A program made the translations under genes and the position numbers. From the NCBI GenBank assembly GCA_951406725.2, contig OX597837.1, positions 39,804,001 through 39,868,000 of the forward strand: a stretch of 64,000 bases of DNA, written 5' to 3'. The DNA is from Octopus vulgaris. Its lineage: Eukaryota. Positions 42,364 through 55,920 of the stretch are shown piece by piece (the first letter of the stretch is position 1; each line of letters starts with the position of its first letter). A model generated the notes under the pieces. That model ran no database searches, was not told the origin of the DNA, and worked only from the letters and a program-made list of their open reading frames with translations.

Positions 42364-42775
42364 ACTCTTTTACTCTTTTTACTCTTTTACTTGTTTCAGT
42401 CATTTGACTGCGGCCATGCTGGAGCACCACCTTTAGTCGAGCAAATCAACCTCGGGACTTATTCTTTGTAAGCCCAGTACTTATTCTATCGGTCTCTTTT
42501 GCTGAACCGCTAAGTGACGGGGACGTAAACACACCAGCATTGGTTGTCAAGCAATACTAGGGGAACAAACACAGACACACAAACACAGATACATACATGC
42601 ATACATACATATATATATATACATATATACGACAGGCTTCTTTCAGTTTCCGTCTACCAAATCCACTCACAAGGCATTGGTCGGCCCGGGGCTATAGCAG
42701 AAGACACTTGCCCAAGATACCACGCAGTGGGACTGAACCCGGAACCATGTGGTTGGTTAGCAAGCTACTTGGCAC
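42364..42775 (-). mobile_element. SINE C
   Basis: Matches the family consensus. Confidence 0.92.
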
Positions 42776-43066
42776 AATACAGACGATCGATGTGAATGCA
42801 TATTGTAATAATTTATTAAAGATGCGATTTTCTCCATTCTTATTCTTGTTTTATCATACACCCAAATTCCTTGGAATTCTTCTAAGCGATGTTTGGATTT
42901 ACTTGTCATACATGAAGAATTATCTTGGATGTTAATTCTACATGAATTCATTGGTATCTGATTGTTGGATATAGTTAACCAAATTCTTTTAATACGGAGT
43001 GCTTTATAGACATCTGCCTGGATTTATCTCTTTTGTTTCTTATAGATAAATGCATAAATACGTACA

Positions 43067-43158
<92 letters not shown>

Positions 43159-43299
43159 AAACTATATTTTTGTCTGTCTGTCCGTCTGTTGCTTAGTTGT
43201 CAATCTATCTATCTATCTATCTATTTGTCCCATCTGTGTGCAGCCCTGTGTGGCCAATAAAGAAACTTATCTGTCTATCATTGTATCTCTTTATGCCCA

Positions 43300-43385
<86 letters not shown>

Positions 43386-44849
43386 CCTATCTATCTACCT
43401 ACCTATCTATCTATCCCTCTCTCTCTCCCTCTCTGTCGTGCTGTCTGTCTGTCTGTCTGTCTGTCTTTCTCTCTCTATATATATGGTGTATGTGTGTGTA
43501 TTTGTGTTTATGCTATGATTGTCCTCTCACCAGTGTAGCAACCGATGTTGGTTTGTTTACGTCTCTTTAACATAGCAGTTAAAGAGACCCATATAATTAT
43601 TACCAGACTTCGAAAAAGTAGAAAAAAAAAATGAGTGTTGGCGTGGATTTGTTCGACTGAAACCCTTCAAGTCGGTGCCCCCGGCATGGCCGCATTCCAA
43701 TAATTGTAAAAGATAAAAGAATATGGATATCAAAGATGTTTCAAGAGAAAGAGAGAGAAGAAGAGAGAGAGAGAGATGTTAAATGTACGGCAGTGACATC
43801 TAGGGGCATAAATCATTGCTAATTGGCAAAAGGAAACAAGAATAACAGAGAAACGAGCCTTGTTAATCGATGAGATGCGCAACAAAGAGTTGAAGCACCA
43901 AAGATCGGAAATGCCTTGTTTCATGAATATATGGACGTAATTCCGAAAACCTGGAAGGTAAGAAAAATCATTATTTGATTCTATGACTCCTAACAACACA
44001 CTAACTATGCACTGACACACAAATAATGAGGTAAAAAATTGCTCTCTCACTCGCTGAACTATGAATCATCTCTGAAGGTAAAGAAAGAAAAAACTTCATC
44101 GAATGCCTTCTAAACTATCTCACTTCGTACAGTGTTTAACTGAGTGTAATACATTTGTTTGGGGGTTGGGGTTATATTACGCTGATAATATCAAACGAGG
44201 GCGAAATAGCGCTATACATAGCTGCCAGTGACTGAAGAAATATATTTAGGATCTTTGGTAATGAACTAAAACAAAAACAAGAATGTATATTCTGTGTGTC
44301 TTCTTCGTTGCTGTTAAATTTAAGGTTTGCACTTCTCAACCCGCCATGATTTAGGGTTTATCTAGAAGTGATTACCTCTCTTAATTGCTTTTAAGAACTC
44401 CGCTTATGCGACTTATAACCATTCAAATAAAAACTATTTATAATCAGTAGAGGAGAAGGAATTTGAAAATGGGTTCTTTAAGATAAAGTGCCAACAGTTG
44501 AGTGATAAAAGAGGTCGGAATATGTGGGTGGAGAAGGCTAAAATTCCGGCTAAAGTAATCTAAGGCTTTTCGATCAGGGTTGATAATAATTTATTTGATC
44601 TTGGAAAGTTTCTTTCCGTGGCACCAGCTTAGATAAGGGGTTTTATGGATGTCAGTTAACCAGATTGCAAGTCCATGCGGCTCTACACTACTAGTGTTGT
44701 TAAGACAAGAACAAGGGCCGAAACAGTTGGCCACTTGTGTTTATGCTGTGATTGTTCGCTCACCGATGTTGGTTTGTTTACGTCTCTATAGAATAATTAT
44801 CAGACTTCGAAAAGGCAGAAAAAAATGTGTGCTGGCGTACAGTGCTGGC

Positions 44850-44885
44850 GTACATACATACATATATACATACATACATACATAC

Positions 44886-44916
<31 letters not shown>

Positions 44917-45022
44917 TGTATGTATGTATGTATGTATGTATGTATGTATGTATGTATGTATGTATGTATGTATGTATGTATGTATGTATGTATGTATGTA
45001 TGTATGTATGTATATATATATG

Positions 45023-45056
<34 letters not shown>

Positions 45057-45095
45057 TGCATGTATGTATGTATGTATGTATGTATGTATGTATTT
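44850..45095. repeat. (TATG)n microsatellite
   Basis: Direct reading. Confidence 0.97.
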
Positions 45096-46017
45096 GTGTA
45101 TTTGTATGTATGTGCATGTGTGTATGTTTGCGCATGTGTTTATGTACGTGTGTCAGTGTAATTGTGCATGCTTATCATGTTCAAAAATTAGTTTTATGTA
45201 AAGATGCCTAACTTACCGATTCAGCAGACAGATATCGATAAAATAAATACCAGAGTGAAACACATATAAACAACTAAAACGCATTAGGCGGCGTTCCAGC
45301 TTGGCCGCTCTCTGCAGACTAAAGTCAGTTTAAATAATAACAGGCAAAATCGCCCTTAGATTCAGCGTAACGCCGATAAGAGGAACACACTGGATAATGT
45401 TCTCCAAGATACACTAGTCATGTAAAAAAAAATACGGGTTGGTGATGGTTTGAATTGTTTTGACCCACGTTCTGCTCAGTCAACATCTGCGGCGGAGGCG
45501 GCGGTGGTGGCTGCGGCAATTATAACATCAACAATAGTACCTGAAAGAAAATCTCGGCGACGCCTCAATGAATCAACTACCTGGAGCCTTTTTTTTTTCT
45601 TTTGACTGAAATCCTTCAAGGCGGTGGCCCTAGCATGGCCGCAATCCAATGACTGAAACAAAAAAAAAAAATAAACGATAAAAGATCAACGATAAACAAC
45701 TTCAGTAACAAACTTGAAATGGAAGACAAAATGGCGGCGATGAAATATGTTTGGTTAAACGGCCATCTTTTGGTTTACGTGAATAATTAATCAGCGAGAA
45801 ACAAAGCTGATTTTGTTTTTGTTTCTTATGTGTACGATATCCATTTACATTTGCCGTATTTTATCAGCTGGCTAACAAAACACGAAGAAGATCCTTCGTC
45901 ACTTGGAAACTTGCAGTTTCAGATTCATCTCATTAATTCATAAGTGTAAGAGTGATTACACAAGTAATGTTAAACAGAAACTTCGCTCTGTCTCTCAGTC
46001 TTTCTTCCCTTGTTTCT

Positions 46018-46054
<37 letters not shown>

Positions 46055-46089
46055 GCTGTCTCTCTCTCTTTCTAGTAAATCATTATCAA

Positions 46090-46928
46090 GTAGAAGGAAG
46101 TAGGGGAACTAACCAGGAGAGGTTTTAGAAGGAGAAGAAGGAAGAGGAGAAGCAGAAGCGAAAGCAGAAGGCGATGAAAAACAAAGGAAGATGGAGGAGG
46201 AAGGGAAGCAAAAGACAAAGGAGAAGGAGGAGGAGGAGGAGAAGAAGAAAGAGGGTAAATATGAAGAGGAAGACGAAAGAGGAAAGGAGGAGAATAAGAA
46301 GAAAGAAAAATAAAAAGAAGAAGAGGAGACATCAAGGAAGAAGACGAAAAAGGTGAAGGTAAAGATGAAGGTGGAAGAAGAAAAAGAAAAAAGTGGAGGT
46401 AGAAAAAGAATTAGTAAAGGAAGAAGGGGCAAAGAAGAAAAAGAAGAGGGAGAAAAGAGAAAAACTGCACAAAGATGAAAAAAGATGAAGGAAAAGATGA
46501 AGTGAAAGAAGAAAGAAAGAAGGAAGATGAGGACGAGAGAAGAACTGAAAGAATGATAAGAAAGAAGGAAAATAGGAAAAAGTGTAAAAGAATAAGTAGA
46601 GGAAGGAAAAGGAGATGAAGAAGAAGAAGAAAGAGAAGATAGGTGAAAGAAGGAGATAAAATTAAAAAGTAATTCAAAAGAAAAAGAAGCGGAAGAAGAG
46701 GAAGCGGAAGAGGGAGAAGAATAAGAGAAGGAAGAAAAGGAAGAAGTAATGCCGAAATAAGATGAAGAAGAAAGAGAAGAATGAAGAGAAAAAGAAAAAG
46801 AAGAAAGAGCGGAGAGAGAATGAAGAGAAGAAAGTGGAGAAGAAGAAAAAGGAGAGGAAGGAAAAAGAAACGAAGAAGTTAGAAGAAAAATTCAAAGGAA
46901 GCGGAAGAAAGAGGGAGAGGAAGAAGAG

Positions 46929-47018
<90 letters not shown>

Positions 47019-47320
47019 GAAGAAGAAGAAGAAGAAGAAAAAGAAGAAGAAGAAGAAGGAGAAGGAGAAGAAGAAGAAGGAGAAGAAAAAGAAGGAGAAG
47101 AAGAAGAAAAAGATGAAGAAGAAGAAGAAGGAGAAGAAGAAGAAGGAGAAGGAGAAGAAGTTAGAAGAAAAAGAAGAAGAAGAAGAAGAAGAAGGAGAAG
47201 AAGAAGAAAAAGAAGAAGAAGAAGAAGGAGAAGACGAAGAAAAAGAAGGAGAAGAAGAAGAAACAGAAGAAGAAGAAGAAGAAGAAGAAGAAGAAGAAGA
47301 AGAAGAAGAAGAAGGAAAAG
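46090..47320. repeat. Polypurine (AAG/GAG)-rich low-complexity field with an (AAT)n insert
   Basis: ~1.2 kb of strongly purine-biased sequence. Confidence 0.95.
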
Positions 47321-48024
47321 CAGAGAGTAAGGGCTGCATTGAAACTGTAAACCAATTACTTTACTCTGCTGCTGTTGTGATATTAAACGAAAAAGGAAAT
47401 TACTGATTCACTTTTGACAGAAACAATGAACACCTCCCACAAATAACAAACAAAAAAAGATTAAGGAGCATTAAAGAAAAGGAAAGAAACCAAACTAATG
47501 GCGTAAATGATGGTGAATGGGGAAAAGGGAAAGAGATTTATCAAAAAGTGAAAAAGGAAAGATTTATCAAAAGAGGACAACAACAACAAAACAAAAAACA
47601 GCTACAAAAATAACTGCAAAAACATCCGAACAAATATTAAGACAAAGAAGCAAGGAAGACAAAGAGGTATTAAGTGTCTTGCAGAAAAAAAGGTCAATGC
47701 TAATGATGTAAACGAAAGAAAGTCACCGAACATGCTATAAAAGATTAAATAAATCATCAAATATGGCGATAAAAGAATCATTATAATCATAAAGAAGAAA
47801 TATAGGAATATCAGGGAAAAACAGAATGGCGATTGGTGGCGTTAAAGGGAAACAGGGCGGGAGAGAGAGAAGGGAGGATGTAAGGGGTAAAACTGAATGC
47901 CAGTGAAAATTTTTATGAAAAAGGTTAATTTAAAATAGCAAATAAATGAGCAATGAGGAGCAGTAATGGCGTAATATATTGATCGAGAAAATGACCCTAG
48001 AAGCAATAAAACAAACAAAAATAC

Positions 48025-48172
<148 letters not shown>

Positions 48173-48395
48173 GTAATAATAATAATAATGATGATGATGA
48201 TGATTATAATATGGATGATGATGATGATATCTGTATAAATAATGATATCAATAATACAAATAAGAACAACCAGAACAACAACAATGAGAATAACAACCAC
48301 ATCATCAACAACAACAATAATAATAATAATAAATATTAATAAAAATAAAAATATAATAATAACAATGATAATAATAACAATGATAATAATAATGA

Positions 48396-48454
<59 letters not shown>

Positions 48455-48756
48455 ATTATAATAATAATAATAATAATAATAACAATGGTAACAAATAATT
48501 GTAATAATAATCCTTTCTACTATAGACACAAGGCCTGACATTTTGGGAGAGGGGATTAGCCAATTGTAGCGACCCCAGTGTTTCACTGGTACTAAGTTTA
48601 TGGACCAAGAAAGGATAAAACCTAAAGTCGACCTCGGCGGGATTTGAACTCAAAACTTGAAGACGGACGAAATACAACCAAGCATTTCGCCCGGCGTGCT
48701 AACAATGCTACCAGCTCACCACCTTGATGATGATGATGATGATACAGGCAGTAGAT

Positions 48757-49322
48757 ACCCTGATGTAGTACCAGGTAGTGGCTCTCCTGGCTTCTGATCT
48801 TAACTGATTGGAAGTGTTATCATGTACATTGTTTTGTCTTGGTATAAAAAATGGGCTACAGCAAATATTCTGCTCAATACCACAGATTTGTTTGTCAGTT
48901 GTTTGACCTTAACCAGTTGAGCATGTCCCTTAGTGGCTGACGATATGTGCATCTCTGATCACGAGCAGAAGTAGTGGGGGAGCATCATAGCCATGTGTTG
49001 AGAGGGATTTTTTGGGGTTTGAATAGTTCATCTCTGGAAACAGGGGTGTTTTGTTCATCATCCTTAAACAAACATTATTCAGGAACCTTTTGAACGGGAT
49101 GGGATACTCGACCTGTAGAAAATTCTAACTGGGCCAAACCTACAATGTCAAGCGCTGTTTATCTGGGTATGAGATCACCATGTCGCGCACATGTGGTTGT
49201 GATGCATGTGCCTGCTGTACCCTTATCAGACGGGTAGTCATGATGGGTATACTGGGCTTCGTATATTTTACCCCAGTGTCTCTTCGATTGCATGCACTGT
49301 ACTCTCACTCACTCACTCACTC
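48757..49322 (+). mobile_element. Interspersed repeat of uncertain class, possibly a LINE 3' UTR, ending (ACTC)n then (AAT)n
   Basis: Segment CAGCAAATATTCTGCT...CACAGATTTG...GAGCATGTCCCTTAGTG...GAGCATCATA recurs at ~59540-59900. Confidence 0.6.
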
Positions 49323-49350
49323 AATAATAATAATAATAATAATACTAATG

Positions 49351-49426
<76 letters not shown>

Positions 49427-49461
49427 TAATAATAATAATAATACTAATGATAATAATAATG

Positions 49462-49522
<61 letters not shown>

Positions 49523-49545
49523 TAATAATAATAATAATACTAATG

Positions 49546-49613
<68 letters not shown>

Positions 49614-50641
49614 CGCACAAGGCCTTTAATTTAGGATGATAGGGAGTGTTGTCGATTGCATCGATCCCAGTCCTAAACTCATTTTATCGACCACGAAAGG
49701 ATGAAAGGCTAAGTCGACCTCGGTGCGATTTCATTTCAGAACGAAAAACTGGGAAGAAATGCATCTAAGAAGAAGAGGAAGGAGAAAAAAGAGGAGGAAG
49801 ATGGAGAGAAAGAAGAAAAAAAGGAAATATTAATATTAATATTTAAAACAATAATAAAAAATGAATAAATAATAAAAAAGTTTATAATATCCTGCAATCG
49901 ATTTAGTGCTAAATCTTTGGATAAAAAATCATAATGTACACAAGCACACACACACATGCACACATGCACACGCACACGCACGCATGCTCGCAAGCACAGG
50001 CAAGCACTTACGGATTCACAATCGTGCTGAAGTCCCTTTCAAAGTTTTCCAATATCCTGACGAAATAATGACAAATACCGAAACGCTGCCGGTGATTGGT
50101 CAGCATCACAGAGTCCCGATCGCTTTTTAAAAACGGCATAATGACATCAAGGTCAGGCATTATTGATTGATCGATCGATTGCCTGTCAATCAACACCATA
50201 CGACTGATCGATGGCTTCAATAATCCATTGATTAGGTTGTATGAATGCTTGTAAAAGAATCAAAATCCCAAGTTAGGAAAAGTGTTGCATGGGAAGACAT
50301 AGACACAGGAGATACAGGCGCGGGTCTGTTTTGAAGCTCCCTTGGCAACTACGTGGTCGCTGGTTCAAGTCCACTCTCCATAAGCGATGGCATCTTGGGC
50401 AAGTGTTTCTTATTATACACCCGGATGACCAATGCCTTGTTAATCGTGAGCTTGGTGTAGGGAAACTATGACCGATGAGGAAGCAGGGAAGCGTCCTATA
50501 GCTTAGATATAGAAATCTATGAACATCTCAAAGTTTTAACAAATTTATAGTAATCTATCTTTAAAACATCACATCGTATTTACGATGTAGGAATCTATCT
50601 ATGGAACATTTCTTCGTAGTTAAGATATATCGTTATTGTTG

Positions 50642-50724
<83 letters not shown>

Positions 50725-50725
<1 letters not shown>

Positions 50726-50961
50726 TGTTTGACTTTTGCTTTATATTTGTACAAGTTGGCTCCAAGTCTCACCCAGAGACCTCAGGAGACAACAGGTTGG
50801 AAGTTCGTGTTGTTGTTATGCCTAGTGTGCTATATATTTGGTTTTGTGTTTAGTGTTGTATTAGTGAATGTCTAAAAAAAACCCGAAATTTATGCTTGTT
50901 TTAAAACTTGAGATTACATAGAAAGTATTTTGCGTAGGATATGGGCAGTTCCCATGAGCAT
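50725..50961 (-). mobile_element. 3' end of an R4/Dong-like LINE inserted in (TAA)n
   Basis: On -: LMGTAHILRKILSM* (stop 50914-50916) plus 3' UTR; (TTA)n tracts on both sides. Confidence 0.8.
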
Positions 50962-50971
50962 ATTATTATTA

Positions 50972-51047
<76 letters not shown>

Positions 51048-52052
51048 GACTGAGGTAGCGAGCTGGTAGAGTCGTTAGCACGCCGGGGAAAAATGCTTAG
51101 CAGTATTTCGTCCGTCTTTACGATCTGAGTTCAAATTCCACTGAGGTCGGCTTTGCTTTTCATCCTTCCGGAGGTCGATGAAATAAGTACCAGTCGAGTT
51201 CTGGGGTCGACATAATCGAGTAGCCCCTCCTCTCCCAAAATTTCAGGCCTTGTGCCTATAGTAGAAAGGATTATTATTATCACTAATATTACTATAATAT
51301 ATATATATATATGTATGTATAACATGAATATATATATTTATATATAATATATAGTATCTAAACATACATACAAACGTAAACACTCACTTACACACACAGG
51401 CACACACAAACAATCACACACACACACATACACACACGCTCACACACACACACACAGCAACTTTCATATGACTTTGAAAGCAAGGCAATATTGCAATGCT
51501 GTACACGCAGATGTTTCTCTCAAAATCTAAACAAACACTCGTACCGAAGTTTTTACCACCAAAAGCAATTGTCAAAGATTTCTGGAATCTTCTGTGACCC
51601 GCTGCACATAAATATTTATTGAAAATATAGCGATTTGGGAATTGGTTATTACAAAATTTGATTTTCTTTTGCTATTCTAATCAGAGTGTGAGTATACAGA
51701 TGCCAGCATAATTGATATTGATAAAAATGCGTAGCTATATTGGTCTACGCCTTTCTTAACCCATATTCGAAATTCTAATCTTTTGCGCACCTCATGTATT
51801 TGCGTAGGTATTCAAAGAATTTATCACAAGGGATGATAGCGATCCGTTATTGGAATATATATATATATACATGGGAGAATAATTTGTCAGTTAAGTTATC
51901 TTCAAAATAGTTAATATTCCAGATGTGATGGGGAACCAATAATTTCATATAATAGAAGCAGAAATACACACACACACACACACACACACACAAATATATA
52001 TATATAATAATAATAATATTAGGGAGTAAATCCAAACTTATATATATAGATA

Positions 52053-52252
52053 GTCGTCATGATAGATCGTTAGCCACTAAACACATTTTTTCTCTCCTTC
52101 TTTCTCTCCTTGTTTTTTCTGTGTCCCTTTTTATAGAAGAGCGTAGGCTCGAAACGTAAAAGCCTTTTTCTATTCCTGAGCGTTATACTAATACATCTGT
52201 TTGTTTTGTACACCACCTGTCTTCGTCTTTTGTTTTTTTTTACGTAAACTCT

Positions 52253-52257
<5 letters not shown>
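52053..52257 (+). mobile_element. Second copy of the 9315-9517 PLE-like repeat
   Basis: High identity; HHR core decayed to TTATAGA; ends in (TA)n. Confidence 0.75.
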
Positions 52258-52326
<69 letters not shown>

Positions 52327-52745
52327 CCACTCGTAAATGTGATATAAATACTCGAACGTGTTTCATTACCTTATTCACAATTTAATTATATATATTTTCT
52401 TCAACCATTTTTAATATTAGTAATTAATATTAATTTTACCTATTATCTATTTCGCATCTTTAACATAGTATTTAATTCATTAACGACTTAACTTTATATT
52501 ATATTTAGTTTCGTATTTTTGACTTCTTCACCGAACGTCTAATAATTTAATTAATGTTATTTAATTATCCTATTTCTATTCCATAGGGTCTGTCGCTTTC
52601 ATCATCCAGTCTGTCACATTCCTTTGTTATTTATGATTAGTAAATATCGATGTGTGTATATATTTGCTTGCTTTCATTTGCTACAATATTTATCGATATG
52701 TTTGCACGAATTCTGCGTATCCTTTGTAGCCAAATTAATTGTTAA

Positions 52746-53129
52746 TCTCTCTCTATATAAACGGCAGTTTGTCTGTGCGTGTTTCTGTGTGTCTGTTTGC
52801 TTGTACCCTCACCCTGACCACGGCTTTCAACCGATTCTGATGAAACTTGACACACACATAGCCCAATGTCATAATTCAAAACTAACGCAGCGAAAATTTT
52901 GAAAAGTTCCCCCAGTTCTGAAAAAAATCGATAAATTCGACATGGGGTCGAGAATGAGAACCCAAACCACAGACCGTCTAGGGGACGCAACTCCACCTGT
53001 TTTAACTCTCAAAAAAAATTTACCATCATATTTTTTCCATTTTTTTGCTATTTTTTGGCTATAACTCTCTAAAAATGCTTTATAGTTATTTCCCTTACAA
53101 ACCTGAGCAACGCCGGGCGATACTGCTAG
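52746..53129 (+). mobile_element. Non-autonomous Helitron, second subfamily
   Basis: A|TCTCTCTCTATATAAA ... GAGCAACGCCGGGCGATACTGCTAG|T; shares only the 3' ~110 bp with the other copies. Confidence 0.82.
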
Positions 53130-53389
53130 TCTAATATAAATTCGAACGTTTTTTTTTTTTTATGCCTGAGTCTATCAACATTTTTATTTTGTTTTAGTAA
53201 ATTCTTCAGAATAATTTCTTGCTTTTTCAGAACTACCGTTTAAAAGTACACCGTGTTTTGCAAACTTTTCTCTGTCTTGGAAGTCTTCTAGAAGTCATAC
53301 CTCGTCACAAGGCCAGCAATTTTGGGCAAGGGTGTAAGTTGTTTACATCGATCCCCCTCCCCAGTACTCGACTGGTACTTATTTCATCG

Positions 53390-53896
53390 GTGGAGGCGCA
53401 ATGGCCAAGTGGTTAGGGCAGCGGACTCGCGGTCGGAGGATTGCAGTTTCGATTTCCAGACCGGGTGTTGTGTGTGTTTATTGGGCGAAAGTACCTAAAA
53501 GTTCCACGAGGCTCCAGCGGAGGGTGATGGTGGTGGCAATCCCTGTTGTACTTTTATAACTTTAATATGGTATGATATTATATAGTGGAGGCGCAATGGC
53601 CCAGTGGTTAGGGCAGTGGACTCGCGGTCGGAGGATCGCTGTTTCGATTCCCAGACCGGGCGTTGTGTGTGTTTATTGAGCGAAAACACCTAAAACTCCA
53701 CGAGACTCCGGCAGGGGGTGATGGTGACCCGTGTTGTACTCTTTCGCCCCAACTTTTTCTCACTCTTCCTGTTTCTTGAGTAACGCTGCGACGGACTGGC
53801 GTCCCGTCCAGCCGGGGGGAACACATGCGCCACAGAAACCGGGAAACCGGGCTCATGAGCCTGGCTTGAAAAGGGCGCATAAATAAATAAATCAAA
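53390..53896 (+). mobile_element. SINE A head-to-tail dimer inserted in a SINE B, 13-bp TSD
   Basis: ACTTATTTCATCG at 53377-53389 and 53897-53909; heads at ~53391 and ~53586. Confidence 0.85.
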
Positions 53897-54076
53897 ACTT
53901 ATTTCATCGACCTCGTGAGGGCGAAAGGTAAAGTAAACCTCAGCGGAATTTGAACTGAGAACGTAAAGTGGGTCGAAATGCCGCAAAAGCGTTTCGCCCG
54001 GCATGCTGCAAACAAATCCGTCAGATCACCGTCTTGTGCGGAGGTTGCTCAACATCTTCGCATCGCATTTGCTTCT

Positions 54077-54498
54077 CTTTACTCTCTTTTTACTCTTTTA
54101 CTTGTTTCAGTCATTTGACTGCGGCCATGCTGGAGCACTGCCTTTAATCGAGCAGCTCGACCCCGGGACTTATTCTTTTGTAAGCCCAATACTTATTCTA
54201 TCGGTCTCTTTTGCCGAACCGCTAAATGACGGGGACATAAACACACCAGCATCGGTTGTTAAGCAATACTAGGGGGACAAACACAGACACACAAACACAC
54301 ACGCACACACATATATATATATATATACATATATACGACGGGCTTCTTTCAGTTTCCGTCTACCAAATCCACTCACAAGGCTTTGGTCGGCCCGAGGCAA
54401 TAGTAGAAGACACTTGCCCAAGGTTCCACGCAGTGGGACTGAACCTGGAACCATGTGGCTGGTAAGCAAGCTACTTACCACACAGCCACTCCTGCGCC
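54077..54498 (-). mobile_element. SINE C, full length
   Basis: Matches the family consensus. Confidence 0.92.
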
Positions 54499-54770
54499 TA
54501 TCCATATTTTATGAAAAATTTGTACATTTTTATGCCTGGCAATTCATTGTGCAGTTGATAAACTCTTCTCGCGTTATTTTCAATCCTGCAGTGAATATTT
54601 TTTATTTCATCAATAATATCTTTTAAATCTTCTGTTGTTGAAAATTTTTTCGGTATCCCAGAAGTCTCCAGGGGTGATATTCTTCCCCGTAAAATCTCTT
54701 TAACAATCTCCCTTTTCTTGTATTAAACTGACTTTGGCATAAGGATTTGCATCTCATTTGCTTCTATTTA

Positions 54771-55073
54771 TCTTTATATATAGAAGTGAAGTTGTGTGAG
54801 TGTCTGTCTCCTACGATTTAGATTCCTAACTACTCCCACATTTTGCAGTGCAGTTTAACCAAAACCGGGTATCTTATAGTCGTGATTCATATCGAGCCCT
54901 TCTGGGTATTAGCGTGCGTCTACGATGAGTCTACGATTAAAAAAAAAATTACCATCATTTTTTCCCATTTTTAATGCATTTTTTTTGCTATTATATAAGG
55001 GAAGTAACTCTCTAAAAATGCTTATATAGTTATTTCCCTTACAAACCCGAGCAACGCCGGGCGATACTGCTAG
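54771..55073 (+). mobile_element. Non-autonomous Helitron
   Basis: A|TCTTTATATATAG ... CCCGAGCAACGCCGGGCGATACTGCTAG|T. Confidence 0.88.
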
Positions 55074-55632
55074 TTTTTTTATAAAAACAAAAACAAAAAC
55101 CGACCATTTTTACGTCTGTTTATTTATTGTATAATTGATAATCCTTCCACTTATTTCCTCACGTAATGTTACACTCATCGGCGAAATCTTTGCTTTAGCA
55201 GAACGAGCTTTTAAAACAACATTATGGATGAAACATTTTCGGTGTTATATATATTTCCGGCGGTAATATTGTCTTCTATATAATTTCTTAAATGTTATTC
55301 CTTTCTCGTATTGAATTCTCTATAGTATTAAGATTTCTTTTTCTTAATGCGATGCTATAATTCTTTATGCGCAACAATCTTCTATTTCCCAACGATTTAT
55401 TTTTCTTAATGTGACTATTTGATTCCCAATGATAAACATCTTTGCATTTTATTTCTTTTCTGTTTATACTTTATTAAAAAAATATAATATAAACATACAT
55501 TTGTATGTTTGATAACTTCATTTCTCGCGTTATTTTAAATTCTTCAGTGGAAATTTTCTTTCATCAGAACCATCTTTGAAAATTACACTGTTACTGAAAA
55601 ATTTTCAATTTCCTAGAAGTCTCCGGAGTTAA

Positions 55633-55920
55633 TCATCATCATATGCTCGGGGTCTCTCGGATACTTTTAACTCGCGCATGTCATCCATCTCGGTCTTGCA
55701 TTATTTGATGGAGGTCTTCAGGGAAGCATCCAGCGTCTCTGGTGAGTTGATCTACATACATTATCTTTGGACGACCTGCTCGAGTACAGCCATGCTTTGG
55801 CGTCCATTGCAGTAGGCCGTTTGTTTAGTACTTGTTTAACTCGCCACCAATGTTCGGCAAAACACAAACACCTTTCGCTTATAATTGAAGGAGCAGACAA
55901 GAGATCTCCATAGAGACTCT
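55633..55920 (-). pseudogene. 3' end of an RTE-group LINE
   Basis: On -: LYGDLLSAPSIISERCLCFAEHWWR (frameshift) WTPKHGCTRAGRPKIMYVDQLTRDAG...EDL..IMQDRDG*..RVKSIR, then a (TGA)n tail; typical RTE-like C-terminus. Confidence 0.75.

Noticed and set aside
42780-43030. Possible decayed L1/Tx1-like coding remnant on - (similar impression at ~28640-28860)
   Set aside because: No diagnostic motif could be read with confidence; needs tBLASTx.
43800-43965. Possible exon ending in a GAAG|GTAAGA donor
   Set aside because: The one frame I translated stops before the donor, there is no clear acceptor, and no homology was recognised.
46762-47406. 214-aa K/E/N-rich ORF
   Set aside because: Made of (AAG)n, (GAA)n and (AAT)n repeats; opposite-strand frames are also open.
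50055-50090. CTGACGA...GAAACGC hammerhead-like spacing
   Set aside because: No convincing stem II or stem I and no NUH triplet in register.
52350-52410. TTGAAGA...GAAACACGTT on -
   Set aside because: Core altered and stems I and II unsupported; may be a very decayed PLE fragment but not callable.
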